A stretch of DNA of 64,000 nucleotides, from assembly GCF_018350175.1 (NCBI RefSeq), contig NC_058368.1:181662001-181726000 (forward strand), read 5' to 3'. Position 1 is the stretch's first letter; each line of letters begins with the position of its first letter. This stretch comes from Felis catus. Lineage: Eukaryota. Shown here one piece after another: positions 1-13,502 of this stretch. The notes under the pieces are model-generated. The model searched no databases and had not been told where the DNA came from. It saw nothing but the letters and a program-made list of their open reading frames with translations. The translations under genes and the position numbers were made by a program.

Positions 1-97
1 ATAACTGAGGTTTTAGCTAAATCAGATGATCCATCTCCAAATTAGAGTTGCAAAATGTATTTTTAATTGTCCCCATAGAACCCTTTAATTTTCTCAC

Positions 98-129
98 CCC
101 CAAAGTGCACTGTCTTGCTGAGGTGTGAC
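98..129 (-). other. Candidate 32-nt spliced exon
   Basis: Minus strand reads ttgctttttatatttttacag|GTCACACCTCAGCAAGACAGTGCACTTTGGGG|gtgaga. Strong acceptor, good donor, non-repetitive sequence. Confidence 0.35.
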
Positions 130-817
130 CTGTAAAAATATAAAAAGCAAGATCTGAAAAGCAAAAGACTGGAGAAAAATGCATGCAGAAGGCCTAAGAA
201 AAAGCCTTAGGAAGCCCTTTGATATATGGTGCTAGATGCTGTAGAAGTATATTGAGAATACCAGTTCAGGAGCAATAAAAACACAGAGGATTTTACTAGG
301 AACATCAGAAAGGCTTGCTGGTTTCCTTTTTGCTTGTAGTCTTATGGCATGTATAGATTAACAACATTAAACACATCAAGGGGGCCAAGTTTTTCTTTCA
401 ATGCAATGCTATGTGGCCCAACTGACCACAAACATCACCTTTTATTTCCATGTGTACATAGCAAATATGAAAAGTCTGATGACCAAATTATTTGTAGAAG
501 CCAGGGGATAAGGAGGGGGTACCAGAGGGGACACATCCAGGTAGAGAAGAGGCAGATACATGACTGAAGAATTGTAGTCTTTCAATTGGGTTGGAAAAGA
601 GAGACAGACAATAGCAGATTTCAGAGAAAGAAAATGACAGGACAAATTACTTTTGTCCCTAAGGAAAAAAAAAGGAAAAAAAAAAAAAAAGAAGCCAGTT
701 TTTCTACACGGAGCTGGAAAAGCCCTATTTTGTGCTCTGTATCAAAGCACTTTGGTCAACAATACAAACAACATGAGGCAGAGCAAAACACAAAATTGTA
801 GCTATGATTCCACTCAC

Positions 818-931
818 CAAAAGGGTAGATCTTCAATGTGCAATTCAGCTGGCTTTACAGGACTGCTCCACAGCAAAGCCAAGCAACGAAGCAAGCCCCA
901 GTCTTCTTAGGCAATAAAAAGCTGGATGTAA
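818..931 (-). other. Candidate 114-nt non-coding (5'UTR/lncRNA) exon
   Basis: Minus strand has a long (CT)n/Tn pyrimidine tract, then taacag|TTACATCCAGC...CTACCCTTTTG|gtgagt. GC content is above the flanks. Stops in all three frames. Confidence 0.6.
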
Positions 932-936
932 CTGTT

Positions 937-968
937 AAAAAAAAAAAAAAAGAGAGAGAGAGAGAGAA
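937..968. repeat. (A)n(AG)n simple repeat; on minus strand it is the polypyrimidine tract of the 818-931 candidate exon
   Basis: aaaaaaaaaaaaaaagagagagagagagagaa. Confidence 0.85.
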
Positions 969-1489
969 AGAAAATAGATAAGATTCAAATGAGCACATAA
1001 AAAAAAAGAATAAAAATGCAAATAAATACTAGATCTCCTCAAAATGTAGGAAAGTTGGAATTAGGAGCTAAATAAGCTAAATCGTACACCTTACCCTTTA
1101 GAATATCTTTCATCAGAGAAATGTAAAATATGGTTATAAAACCTATTAATTAAATCAGTCATTTTGACTATGGCACACCATTATCGTTAAGAAAAAATTA
1201 CCACAATACTATACCCATTCGTTATCCTTTAAATCTGATGCTGTTTATAATATAAACACTGAAATATATAGTATTACAATGGGAGAATAAGCACATCTTT
1301 CTAGCAATATACAGATTTGAAGCTTGTTCTTTACATTTACAAATGAATTATTTCATCTTTAAATATACAGTTTACTCATCCATACAATCTAAGCATTATT
1401 TTGCCAACCTTTAAATTCAAATACTTGCTAATTAGTACCATGGTCAATAGAACGCAGGAGTAATATTATATCACAGGAAAGTCCCCTGA

Positions 1490-1675
1490 CTCCAATATAA
1501 CTTGCTTTGGGCAAATAACCTAAGCTTTCATCATCTAAAATGGGGATATAATAGCACCTATTTCATACAAATGTTGTGATGATTAAACATAAAAATCCAT
1601 CAAAAGCACTTAGTACAGTGCTTGGCACATAGTACCATTTTAATACACATCACCTGTCACTATTGTCATTGTTGT
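1490..1675 (+). mobile_element. MIR SINE (core and 3' end)
   Basis: tcatctaaaatggggatataatagcacctatttcata...gcacttagtacagtgcttggcacatagta matches the MIR core and tail. Confidence 0.85.
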
Positions 1676-2332
1676 TACCAACACTCCAATGTTATACCTG
1701 GAATGTCATCAACAGAGATTTTGAGCTCGCCTTCTAATGATGAACTCTTTTGAAAAATACAAACATGTCCTCTTCCCCCAAAAAAGTCCACATAATTAAA
1801 TGAATGCACACTAAGATGTTTGCTTTTCATTATGTTCTCTTCTCCCCTGGCCAGTAGAACTGGGGCCATAAGGGAGGCAAAGAGTGATTTCCTAAGTTCA
1901 CAAAGGCATTGGTGTTAGTGCAAAACAGAAAGAGAGGTCAACAAAGAAGGAATGACAACAATGGAAAACAAATAGCTTTAATCACTTAGTTTTGCTCAAG
2001 TCATTCTGATCTTGGACACTAAATGTGTATCTCTAACTGTAAAACAAAGGAGTCCTTCCTAAACCAGCATTTCTAAGGCAGGGTATTAGATCCTCTGGTG
2101 AGCTGGAGCTTCAGTCTGGCTGAGCCTATCTCCAGCTCCCATATAAGGCCACAGCCGGATAACACACTCCTGGACACCCTCCTCACAAGAGCAAACAATA
2201 TTTTCAGGCTGATGACTCTATCCTTCCTGACCACTCTGAAAATCCTCCCTGTCCTCCTCAAAGACTCTTGGAAATGTAGAATCAACATTAGGTGCTACCA
2301 TACTGATCTTGCAGACAGTTAAGAGGGCTTGT

Positions 2333-2548
2333 CACAGTATAGTGGAGAGTATGGAATTTAAATCACAGCAGACCTGAGTTTGAACTGTGACTCTGTCACT
2401 AATCAATCTCATACCAGGTTCTTCAGACCCCCTGAGCCTCAGTCTTCTTAACTGTAAGATGGGAGCAGAGGAAGAACACCTATTAAATTGAGTAATAAGG
2501 AAAGAAAATATTTCTGGCACACAGTAGGCATACAACAAATGTTAATCA
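2333..2548 (+). mobile_element. MIR SINE
   Basis: gacctgagtttgaa...ctgagcctcagtcttcttaactgtaagatggg...ctggcacacagtaggcatacaacaaatgtta. Confidence 0.85.
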
Positions 2549-3384
2549 CAATTTCTGCTTTCCTTGTTGTGGTATCTTCCTTATTTTGGTAGCTTTATAA
2601 CCTGATTATAAGGGAATGATACAGAATATGTCTAATCAAGACTATGTCTTTAAAAGACAAACTGACAAGACCAGACAGAATTGTAAGACCTTATGTAAAC
2701 TTGTTTTGTTTTTCTTTTCTTTTCTTTTTTCAAGTTTCAATTTGGCAATCAGAGCCCAGCAAAGCAATATGGTTCTTTGATTTCTTTCTTAGAAACTCTA
2801 CAGCCTTTATTGTCTTTGTATCATACAACTTTAGCACTTAATTATATCCTACCTTGTAATAATTAGGTGTCCTTATAATCAAGTCTGTTTACTCACTTGT
2901 GCAGTTCTGATCCTTTAATCTCTCCAGAATATTAGTTTTTAATGGTATAAAAAGCCACAATTTAACAATTTTATTACTAAATGAAATTGTAAGAATATTT
3001 TGAAGAAGATTCACCAATGGGTTGAATCTAAAAATTACTTTCATAATTAGGAATGGCACAAAATCATACAAGTAAGCCTCAAAAGTACAAAGGAAGCTTC
3101 CATGCCTTTCCATTGACTAGCTGTGCAGCCTTGGGCCAGTCACTGAGCTTCATCTTTGGACCTGTAGATGAACCTACACTTGAGTCAGATACTTGTCTTA
3201 GCTAGCTTAGAAATTTACTGAAGAATTCTCTATAATAACAAGACTATAATAACAGCTATATATTTTAGGCAAGAGATCTGGTAGTTGCTTTGTTATTTTA
3301 TATCATATTAATTATAAATTCAAAAGCCTGCTGTTGGAACGTAAAATAAAAATAGGTAAAGTCAGTATACATAGTATATTCAGT

Positions 3385-3610
3385 ACAGAGTAATGATAAA
3401 CTTTCTAGGCTCAACAGTTAAACTGCTTGTGTTTAACTTGTGACAAAAACAATGAATGGCCATGCGGCCCAAGACAAGTTTTAATCTTCTGCATTCCTTA
3501 GAGTCTTAGGGATAATAATAATATCTAACTCATAGAGTTATTATAAAGATTACATACATAATTCACTTAATGAATATTCCATACTAAATGTTAGCTATTA
3601 TTATTATTTA
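3385..3610 (+). mobile_element. MIR SINE (degraded)
   Basis: gggataataataatatctaactcatagagttattataaagatt...aaatgttagctattatt is the MIR 3' tail. Confidence 0.7.
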
Positions 3611-3984
3611 TTTTTATTTGTAAAATAGAATTATATCAAAATCCACTAATTCCTAACATATGAAACTCACCCCCTATTTTTGTTATAAGTATTATGGATA
3701 TTTGTCAAATGGATAAATGGAAATTATTTTTTGATCAGTGTATGTCATTCATCAAATATTCAGTAACAAATGATGCATGCTTTAAGGCATACATTTATTG
3801 CCAATGTTACTATTTATTAGGCTTTCATCTGTATTACAATAGATCTGATAAGACATGTATTGATTGAACTTAAATATGTTATTAAATTATAATAAAACTA
3901 ACAAACCTAAACTTAATTTTTTTCTGAAATGTCTATTTCTGTTTGACTTTAAACATGGGATTTTACATAACTACAATGAATCCT

Positions 3985-4190
3985 ATATTTTCAAATATTT
4001 TTTTGTTGTATCATTGTAAAAAAAATTGTATAGTTAAATAAAAACAAACAGAAAAATCATTTGAAAGTACACTAGCCAGTGATAACTGCTGCTTACATAT
4101 TGGTGGCCATCATTCTAGATCTCTCTATAAATAAATTCACCTGGAATAGACAAAACTATGCATAAATAGGACAATGCCAGCCATCTTTTT
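3985..4190 (-). mobile_element. Old L1ME-type 3' fragment
   Basis: tcattgtaaaaaaa...ccagtgataactgctgcttacatattggtggccatcattctagatctctct resembles the reverse of an L1ME 3' end. Confidence 0.45.
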
Positions 4191-5093
4191 TTATGCCAAG
4201 CCCTTTCCTACACGAGAAATGCACCTTCTAGATTACTGAGGCAGTTAATCTGTGTCTCCTTTTGATTCAATCAAATCATTTTAACTTTTCATTTAATGTT
4301 TATCAAAAATTTGAGAATTTAAAGTGAGCTATTTAAATTAACTAAATGTTCCTGACATCTGAGAAATAATTTAGGAACGTCTTACTTTGCATCTTTTAGA
4401 TGGACTTTTCTATCATTAAACATACAAGTCAGAAAAATTAAGCAAATATCAGTCTCCCTATTCCATACAATAGGAAGTGCCACAAAATGAAATGATATAG
4501 ACAAACCTATAAAAACCAGACAATAGGAATAAAAATTGCAAGATGTTGTTATTTTCATTCAAAGTACCAGTTCTCTTAATGGAAATTAAGTTTATAGGCT
4601 TAAAAGAAATGTTAACAATCTTCCCCTTAGATATAAAGAGAGTGATGGTACTGTGTGAGAAATGGGAGATTAGTAAATGCGAATGAACTGACTTCTTTCT
4701 AATGAATAAAAATAAAGATTTCAGAGACATAAAAATATGAGCATGTGAGTTCCATTCCACAAAGCAGGAAATGAAATGATGAGTTAGACCGAATGACTTA
4801 CAGCATGCTCAAGCCACTCTGATTTTTCTACTGTTCTTGTAACTGCTTAGGAACTGAAGCCTGATTCAAAAAAAGGAATATTCTAAGTCCAAATAAAAGA
4901 TCTCTCTATTCCTTAATTAGGAAATGTGATAATGGGACATTTAGACCAACAATAAGATAATTTTATAACACTGAAAATTATGGATTGATCTGGATATACT
5001 AAAACCAGTCAGCTAGTATCATTTACTTATTTATTTGACCAATACTTAATTGAGTGGTTCCCAAATATCAGAAACTACATCAACCCCTGGGTT

Positions 5094-5405
5094 TATACTG
5101 TCCAATAGGGTAGCCACCAGCTATGTGGCCATTGGCTATTGAGCACTTAAAATGTGGATAGTCTGCCACTAACAATGTGTAAATGTAAAATATGTATGTG
5201 ATTTCACAGATCTAATATAAAAAAGTAAACTATCCCAGTAATATTTATATATTGGGGTACACATTGAAAAATACTATTTGATATATTGAGTTTAATTAAA
5301 TATATTAAGAAAATTGAGTTCACCAGCTTCTTTTGACTACTTTTAATGTGCCTACTAGCAAATTTCAAAGAACACATGTGGTTTGCATTATATTTCTGTT
5401 GGCCC
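5094..5405 (-). mobile_element. MER33 (hAT-Charlie non-autonomous DNA transposon)
   Basis: ctgtccaatagggtagccaccagctatgtggcc...gctattgagcacttaaaatgtgg...atgtggtttgcattatatttctgttgg; about 310 bp with both ends. Confidence 0.85.
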
Positions 5406-8400
5406 TTCTCTAACTGATAACAATGGTTAATAAGGAAAACAAGTCTTTGTATTCATGTTTGTATGCTTATAGTAGGGTAATAATTCTGTTCAAGGACCCA
5501 TGTCACATGCTGAGGAAGGTGCATTAAAGTATAAGGTGCATGCCAACCCTTGAAATTTTGCCATCTAATAACATGTATCAGAAAGACATGAAAAGTTACA
5601 TAATCGCAAAGCTATTAAATCCACTAATCTAAAATATAACACTGCTTTATGCAGAGAAATCTTTCTAATAAAGTTATGGTTGTTCAGTACATCTCATTCC
5701 TTTTATCACGAGGGGAGCATTAGGCTGATCTGCTGTTCCAAACCTACTGCTGGGGTTGTGGATGTGTTCCTCAGGCTTCAGGAGAGCAACGAGGAGCTCA
5801 TATTTTATTTGCTTTTAATGGCAAATTTGTATAGTGGATCAAGAGAGCGGCCTCATCACAAATGCTATTTGAAATTCACTGATATCCCCAAGCTAGCTAA
5901 GTTGGATCTTAGGAGGGAGCCAGGAGAAAACATTTCAAAACATCCGGAGGTCCCCAAAGCCTCCCTAAGGATCTGAAGGCCCACTGTGGTTGTGACAAAT
6001 AGATTACAGAACTGTCAAATATATGTTAGGGATTAATTAGCAGAGTATTATCTTTGGTGGCTCTGACCAACATCACAAAGAAATTATCAGCAGCCATATA
6101 GTAACAACAAGGTGTGCTTAGAATAAATTTAAAATAACTTCTCTCTCTTTTTACGGTATGTTTTATACCCACCAAAGCCATTCCAGGCCAAAGAAGTCTT
6201 CTTTTCTCACTATACGGAATCTTTGAGTATTCACTCTTTAGGATAACATTTGAATTAATTTAAAACATTGTATCTCTCACACAGAGGTTCCCACAATAAT
6301 CTGTCAAATCCAGGCATAATTTTGCTCAAAATAAATGGTTTCTATCATAGAGATGCACTACACCAATCAAAACACAATCATATTTTCAACATTCAAATGC
6401 AGGGTCTGTGGTCCAAAGCTTATGTTTGAAGGTTTCAATAAAAGGAAAAAAAATATATAGAAATTGAAAAAGATACTCCATGTAATACCAATTCATTAAG
6501 CAATTTTGAAAGGGTCAAATCTTATTTTTCTTAAGGGTTATCTGATACAGAAATTACTGGGGTTTTATAAAATATGCACTCTGTCCCTGCTCATTTTCTG
6601 AATGAATAAATATGAGGCCAATTTTGTACAGAATCACTTCAACTTGAACTAATAATTGTGTATTACAGCCTAGCATGTTTCAGAGGGAGACATATAAAAA
6701 GGAAGGCAAAAGAAAATATTAAATCAGTCACTAATTATAATTAATTCATAGTTGAGGTTTATTTGCTTTGCCTAAAGTAAATAATAGCACTCATATGGAA
6801 GCCCAGAGTACAAGCGAAAGAGTACCATATCATATAACGGCTGTTTGTATTTGTTGAATAGCTTTTAGGATACAATAGACTGTTTTTCAGGATAAATTGG
6901 TGTAAGCAGAAGCTTGTAGATCTCACCAGAAACTGTGAATCTCTTGCTGATTATTTCCTTTACTTTGAGGAATGTACACGGGTCCTTTTGAGAAAAATTT
7001 TAACTCATTAAGGAAAAATAAAAACTTGCTGAAAGACATTGCTTGAGATTTGATTTATACTGAAACATTCTGGGACATTGGATTTGCATGGAAACATATA
7101 AGGAGATTTGTGAAATTATCATCATCTCTTTTTAGTTATGGAGAGATGGAGAACTAACCCATGGAATAAGAATGCTTTTGAAATCATAAAGAAGAGTCTG
7201 ACCTTGGTATATGGTAGCCATCTCTTAACTGATGCTCCAACCTACTCAGTCAGTTTTGTGATATAGTAATTATCATATCTGATCTCTGTTCATGAGTAAA
7301 CTGTTTAATTGTTCATATCAACTATCACCCACAATACCCTCCAATGGTTACTTGGTTATTCATCCTACTCACTCCCTGCTATGGGGACAGTGGAACCTCT
7401 TCCTGCTCACTCATGGTCCTACATCCTTCACCACTCAGGGAGGATTACTCAAGGTAACACATAAACAAGTGATCAAGTGAGCCAAGCACCTAAAACTTTG
7501 TATCAACAGCCATCACCGTTGAGAGCATGGTCTGGAATGCTGAATAACCATAGAATACAAATAGCCATAGCATTCCACCAAAAGCTATAAAACTACAAAA
7601 GGAACCAAAGGAAAAATCTTGGGGTGTTCGGTTTATAAGGAATTTGGTTGCCAAATACATGGACAATGACCAGTGCTGGTCTATGATAAATTTTCACAGT
7701 AAAGACAAGTAGGAATTTGTTTTGCAAGAATCAATACAGCAATCCATCCCACTGGCATACAAACACTTTTGAAGCACTTTATCAGCACTCAGTTTGAAAT
7801 GATCAGTTTACTAAAACTTATAACTGATTTATATATTTCTATTAAGAATAACTGCCAGTGGACTTCTATTTGTCATCACATTATCAGCCATCACTATCTT
7901 TTACTTGGGGTTGGCTGAAAATAAGGAAATTGCATTTCTTTAAAAAATAGTTCATATTTATCCCCTCCTCTAACAGTACGTATACAGAGGTGTGTACATA
8001 TGCACACTTGTGCACACATATATACGTACACATCAACTCAGTACAGGTCATTAGAATTGGAAGAGATTTATTCCATATTCAGCACTTCAGAATCAGAGAA
8101 TGCAAAAGGAGGGAGAGAAACAAGGAAATAACATGTGTTTGCAATATTTTGAAAATTAAAGATCCCATATACCAAAGGTCATACAGAAACAATTGTACTT
8201 TTGGATTTCCTAAAAGTACAATCATTAAATAGGTGAAGCTGTTAGAATATTAAAATAAAAGGTTATGTGCTAAATTTTTAATACAAGTAATTTTAAATAC
8301 AAGTAATGCTTGTTTTAATCATAGTGCTGTCAGATCTAATGGCATCAATAAAAATTGAGGATGCATATTCACAATCAAGTTCAGAGGTGAAATACTCATT

Positions 8401-8444
8401 GTATAAGGTGGTAGTAGAATCAATGCCTCTCTTGAGAAAGAAGA

Positions 8445-8483
8445 AACAAACAAACAAAAAAACAAAACAAAACAAAACAAAAA
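8445..8483. repeat. (CAAA/CAAAA)n simple repeat
   Basis: aacaaacaaacaaaaaaacaaaacaaaacaaaacaaaa. Confidence 0.9.
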
Positions 8484-10179
8484 CCAGGTTATTTACCGTG
8501 TTAGTATCACCAACCTGAACTCTGCCCGTGAAAATATAATTTTTCCATTAAGTGTAAATAGAAACACCCTCCAAACAAGAAATCAGCATGATTACTACAT
8601 TAAAAAACATAGATTTCCCCCAAATAGTTATATTAAGTAGCAAACAAATGTTTTATCCCTTGGCGTTAGCCTCCCCCAATTAATTAAAGATTGGCACAGT
8701 CTAAGAACTAAATTTATTTTCAATTAAAATAAGAAGTCCGTATGTCATGATAATTTTTTGTTACTATTTCTAATGTGCAAAACAAAGGTTTGCTGTTAGC
8801 ATTGAACATAGTAATCAAAACAAATCCTTTAATTTTCAATAACTGTAAGGATACTTGAAGAGTCGTTCTCCTCGCAAGGTACTACCTCAATGGTTAATCC
8901 TATTAAGAACTGAGCCATGCACCGCAACTAAATCCTCTGGGGAATTTGAGGCATCAAAGGCTTACTGCACACTTAGAAGGCAAGGACTTTTGTAAAGGGC
9001 TCTATTATATGAGGAACAAAAGAATACCACTTGTGTACTTAAATATCATCTGCTTTTCCTTCCAAAATACTCCATTTTTAAGTAAAGATATGTGATTTAA
9101 ATGTATTTAGAGTTTAGCTTTTGGCACTACTCTCGTTTCTGAGTAGAAGTGCCATCTGTGGGCCCCATGGCTCACGCATAATGATATGCTTACAAGCTGC
9201 TTCCCTTTTCTGCACAATGTACCCTTTTCACTTTAACATACATTTTCCATAAATTTTTGAATAACAAATTGGGCTGAGGAAGTTTGTTGAAACGGGACAA
9301 GGGAAATGCCTGTAGGCTAGAAAGCGGTGATTTTACTCAAGAAATTGGTGCTATGGAAAATATCTACTCCACCTGCCCCCACCCCGAAACATCTATCTTG
9401 AGCTGTGATCCTCTAAAATTGCAAATTAAAAACTTCTCCCCTCGAAATATTAGGTCTGTACATTAACTTGGGCAAAGAGCCCACATGCCTGCCATCCATT
9501 ACACCTGCTGGGTGACAAACAGATGAGAGTCATCACGCAGACTCCCAACGTTTGATCTCCTGATATCGCCAGATGTCCCCCATTTACATTCAAACATAAC
9601 CACAGTCAGTAATGCAAGTAGCCTGGCTGGCATTTAATAGGGGGGAAAAGTGGAATTCTAATCTGAAATCCTAACTATCCAAATCTTTCAGTGTGTGAAC
9701 ATATACACTATTAAATATGCTTCAATGTGTCTAACTTACTGGCTATTAAGAGAACTGATCTCATTGTAGGCAGGCGAGCTGGTATGGATGGGCAGATTTT
9801 GTACCATGTTTCAAAAGAAGACCCGCATCTTTCCCCATTTGGCTCCCGAATTTTTAATTTAAACAACAAAATTTACCTTCACATTATCTGCTAAATTCTT
9901 AAGTACAGTAAGAAAAATCTTGCTTGTTTGGCTACATTTAGATACACCACTCACTAAAAGGCAAATTAGTAAATTAGGGTAAACAGACAACAAAAGTCAA
10001 GGAAGCCATGGAAAGAGTAAATCTTCATTTCTTCCTTGCCTCCTTCCCTAGTCTAATAGTACTAGTGAAACAACTTACTGCTAAAATTCAACTGGAGAAA
10101 GTAAAACAAAAATATCATAGGCACAGATATCATGACATCTTCCGAATGAGTCTCCAAGGTTGAGACCCAGAAACTTTAA

Positions 10180-10392
10180 TTTTTTTTTAATGTTCACTTT
10201 ATTTTTGATAGAGAAAGAGAGAGAGCAGGAGTGAGGAAGGGGCAGGGAGAGAGGGAGACACAGAATCCGAAGCAGACTCCAGGCTCTAAGCTGTCAGCAC
10301 AGAGCCCAATGCGGGGCTCGGACTCACAAACTGCGAGATCATGACCTGAGCCAAAGTCGAACGCTTAACCAACTGAGCCACCCAGGTGCCCC
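10180..10392 (-). mobile_element. CAN-SINE (SINEC_Fc family, feliform)
   Basis: Reverse complement starts ggggcacctgggtggctcagttggttaagcg, with a (CT)n tract and A-rich tail. TSD is diverged. Confidence 0.95.
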
Positions 10393-10529
10393 AAGACTTA
10401 GGAATTTTAAAACACACTTGCTAATTTTCTTGAAATCCGTTCTAGACCTTCATCATGGTAAATCCTGCCAGTATATTCAGGAACTATTCATGAAAACATG
10501 ACTTAACAGCTTGACTTTTTGAGACTTTC

Positions 10530-10680
10530 TTTCCATTCTTTGTTTCACACAGAAAATATTTATAGTGTGTCTACCCTGTGCCTGGCACTGGACATTTATT
10601 TGGTGTACAAAGAATCTGTAAGGGACAAGGTTTTGTCTCAGCAGTGTTGACACGTGGCTCTAGTACAGACAGCAGGCTCT
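10530..10680 (-). mobile_element. L2 3' end fragment
   Basis: ttccattctttgtttcacacagaaaatatttatagtgtgtctaccctgtgcctggcactgg. Confidence 0.65.
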
Positions 10681-11049
10681 CTAATATGAGGGCAGAGAGA
10701 TTCTTACATAGGAACCAAAAGGAATGAAAGAACCCAGGGACACTTTACAGAAAGGTACAACGTGTCCACCGATTGTACACTTCAGGCAGATCTGGGGAGG
10801 AAACCACTAGACCTCCTACAAAAGATGTCAGCATCTATGCCCAGGAGGGGTTCTGACTCTTTTTAGGGGAAGAAGTTTGAATTTAAGCATTAAGGAGAAA
10901 GCTAGGAAGATTGTAACTTCTTTTTGCATCTTCTCCCTTCTTCTAGCTTCCTCTTCCCCTGTGATGAAAATATTCTGTTCAGCAAGGATGTCATTGAGCA
11001 GTTGCCCTGGACCCCCGGCACTCTCCCCGTCTCTCTGTTCCATCTTCCC

Positions 11050-11225
11050 CATCTCCCTTATCGCTATGTGAAATTATTGTGTCCATTTGTTTATCCGTCT
11101 CTTATCTGTCTCCCTACATGCATGCAGAGGCCTTGCTTATCATTTACCTGTCCCCAGGACCTAGAGCAACACCCAGCATGAAGTGGGTATCCAAATATGT
11201 GTCAAATGAAAGAATTAATGAATAA
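11050..11225 (+). mobile_element. L2 3' end fragment
   Basis: tgtccccaggacctagagcaacacccagcatgaagtgggtatccaaatatgtgtcaaatgaaagaattaatgaa. Confidence 0.65.
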
Positions 11226-11868
11226 GATATAGTTATACTTTAAATTTCTTGATCCCTCTGTCACCAAACATGAATTGTTTTTCGATGTATGTTCTTGGAT
11301 TTATAGTATTAGTGATTTTTTTCATTTGACATCCAACTTGATTCTCTTCTAAGATTATTTTGACCTATCTGCTATCCAGCTTTATTCACTGAGGATGTTT
11401 ACGCTTGGACTCAGTTCAGCAGGAACCCATTTTTATAGAAACCTAATACATCTTCAGCCCATCTCTCCTATAATTTATAAAATATCCTATTGCCCCTTAG
11501 CAGGGACAGAATTCCAACCCTTATTCAAATCTTACACTATATAATAAAGAAGCACAACCAAAAAAAAAAAAAAATCCCCTCAAAGGAAAAGTACCTGAGG
11601 AGTTTCTGTCTCAAGGTCAAGGCAATAGAGGATAAACACAGGCCATCAATTCAGAATAAGAGGAATTAAACATTGAAATCATTGATTTAAGGCTTTTGAT
11701 AACAATGGCAAAATATTAAATCGGGCTTAAAATTATTAAGTACTATCGGGTCGCTTTTACTTTAGTTTTTTCTTGAGCTGCTCAGCACATGTCTGCAATT
11801 TCACGGCACCTACTAATAGAAAGTGAGCTCAGAGTCTATTGACAGTTTCATGACAAGTCATACTTCAC

Positions 11869-11916
11869 CTTCCATTGTCCAGTCTTCTTAGCTGTTCATT
11901 ATCTTGACTGCTGTGC
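11869..11916 (-). other. Candidate 48-nt exon (one open frame, HSSQDNEQLRRLDNG)
   Basis: tcattatctcgtag|GCACAGCAGTCAAGATAATGAACAGCTAAGAAGACTGGACAATGGAAG|gtgaag. Purine/ESE-rich; donor only moderate. Confidence 0.3.
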
Positions 11917-12639
11917 CTACGAGATAATGATACACTCTGCTTCTACCCCTGACTGGAACACATTTTTGCTCCAGGGTTCCTTTTAATTGAAACACACTGT
12001 CGGTATTACTGTTTTTGGTGCAAAAGTAAACACATTTAACACAAGAATTCAGTTTGTATTTGCTTCACCAATAGAAACTGTGTAAAAAGTCACCTGCCTC
12101 TAGAAAAGTGACTGAGTGATTCTTTGGAGACATTAATATTTTTACTCACTTCTTTTACTTTCATTACCATTTGTCACTCCTGGGGATGTGATAATCAATT
12201 ATCCCTGCGAGAAAAAATATTATGACCATCCTTACCATTTCTCTGAGTGTCCCAAACCCATCTAGGAAGTATTGAGTAATGTTTCATCAACCCTTAAGCA
12301 TAAAATTGACTGAAAATGCTTTAACTCTAAAAAAAGGGGTATAATAAATTGTGCCTGTTAAATTATCTGTGTCCATTGTAAATCCCATTAGGTAGCCGCC
12401 AACTGACTAGAACAGAATGGCCCAACTTCAGGAGTAGTAGCAGCTGAGCACGGCCAAGATGCTGCTCTTGCTAGCAGACATTCTGGGAATTTGAACTCTT
12501 TCGAGAAAACAAATGAATGCTTTCTACCAACCGATACATTTCCAACAATAACTACATGTATAAAGAGGATTAGGGTTTATTTTCTCACCATATGGCATCA
12601 AAAAAATAAAAAAAGGATGACACACTAACCATATAAGAA

Positions 12640-12850
12640 CCATGCCACATTAAACACTGTGCACGTCTTCATTTTTTCCCATTCAACTGCTACAATCATA
12701 TGTCTGGTGTTAGAACTCTCACCATTCCTACTTCACAGATGGGAACATCTAGGCACAGAATTACTAACCATACTGTCCAAGGACATACCATACAACTGGC
12801 CCTTGAATATGGATCTCATATCAAACCCCAGGTTCTAAGATACCACCGTT
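12640..12850 (-). mobile_element. MIR SINE
   Basis: cttcacagatgggaacatctaggcacagaattactaaccatactgtccaaggacatac is the reverse MIR core. Confidence 0.7.
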
Positions 12851-13253
12851 CTATAATGCCTATTCTCTCTGAGTTCTCTGTAGTTAAAATATGGAAGCAT
12901 TCCCAATGAAGTCGTCTAATGACTGTTGTGTATTCTTATATTTAAAAGTATATGGATTTAAATTTTGAAAATACAAAATGGATTCACAAACTACTCAAAA
13001 TTCAGGTTGACCTAAGATATGTTTGTTATTGTTACATGACTTGCCTTTTCTTATCACTGTGGTCAACACACTTTTTTTTTTTTCTTTTTTGCCTCCACAT
13101 GTTTGGGAAGGGGGAGAAGAAAGAAAGAGTATTTACTCTCTCTCCCAGGAGATTAACACAAATGTGTGTGTGTGACGGGGGAGGGGTCTCAGCATGTAAG
13201 AGAACATGGAAAGGGATTGATAATTTACCACTCTTAGAAGTAAAATGGTTCTC

Positions 13254-13440
13254 GGGGCGCCTGGGTAGTTCAGTTGGTTAAGCTTCTGACTCTTGGTTTC
13301 AGATCAGGTTATGATCTCACCGTTTTTGAGTGTGAGCCCGCATTTGGCTCTGCGCTGGCAGCACGGAGCATGCTTGGGATTGTTTCTCTCTCCCTCTGTC
13401 TCTGCCCCTCCCCTGCTTGAGCTCTTTGTCTCTCTCAAAA

Positions 13441-13475
<35 letters not shown>

Positions 13476-13502
13476 ACAAACATTAAAAATTTTGCTTTAA
13501 AA
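13254..13502 (+). mobile_element. CAN-SINE with perfect 16-bp TSD and (TAAA)n tail
   Basis: ggggcgcctgggtagttcagttggttaag...; TSD agaagtaaaatggttc at 13236-13251 and 13503-13518. Confidence 0.95.

Noticed and set aside
1095..1142. Possible 48-nt minus-strand exon with gtaagg donor
   Set aside because: The acceptor lacks a pyrimidine tract (atttaattaatag).
1698..1746. Possible 49-nt minus-strand exon (SSSLEGELKISVDDIP)
   Set aside because: Weak aaag acceptor and gtataa donor; abuts a MIR.
13254..13340. tRNA-like A/B boxes
   Set aside because: These are the tRNA-derived heads of CAN-SINEs, not tRNA genes.
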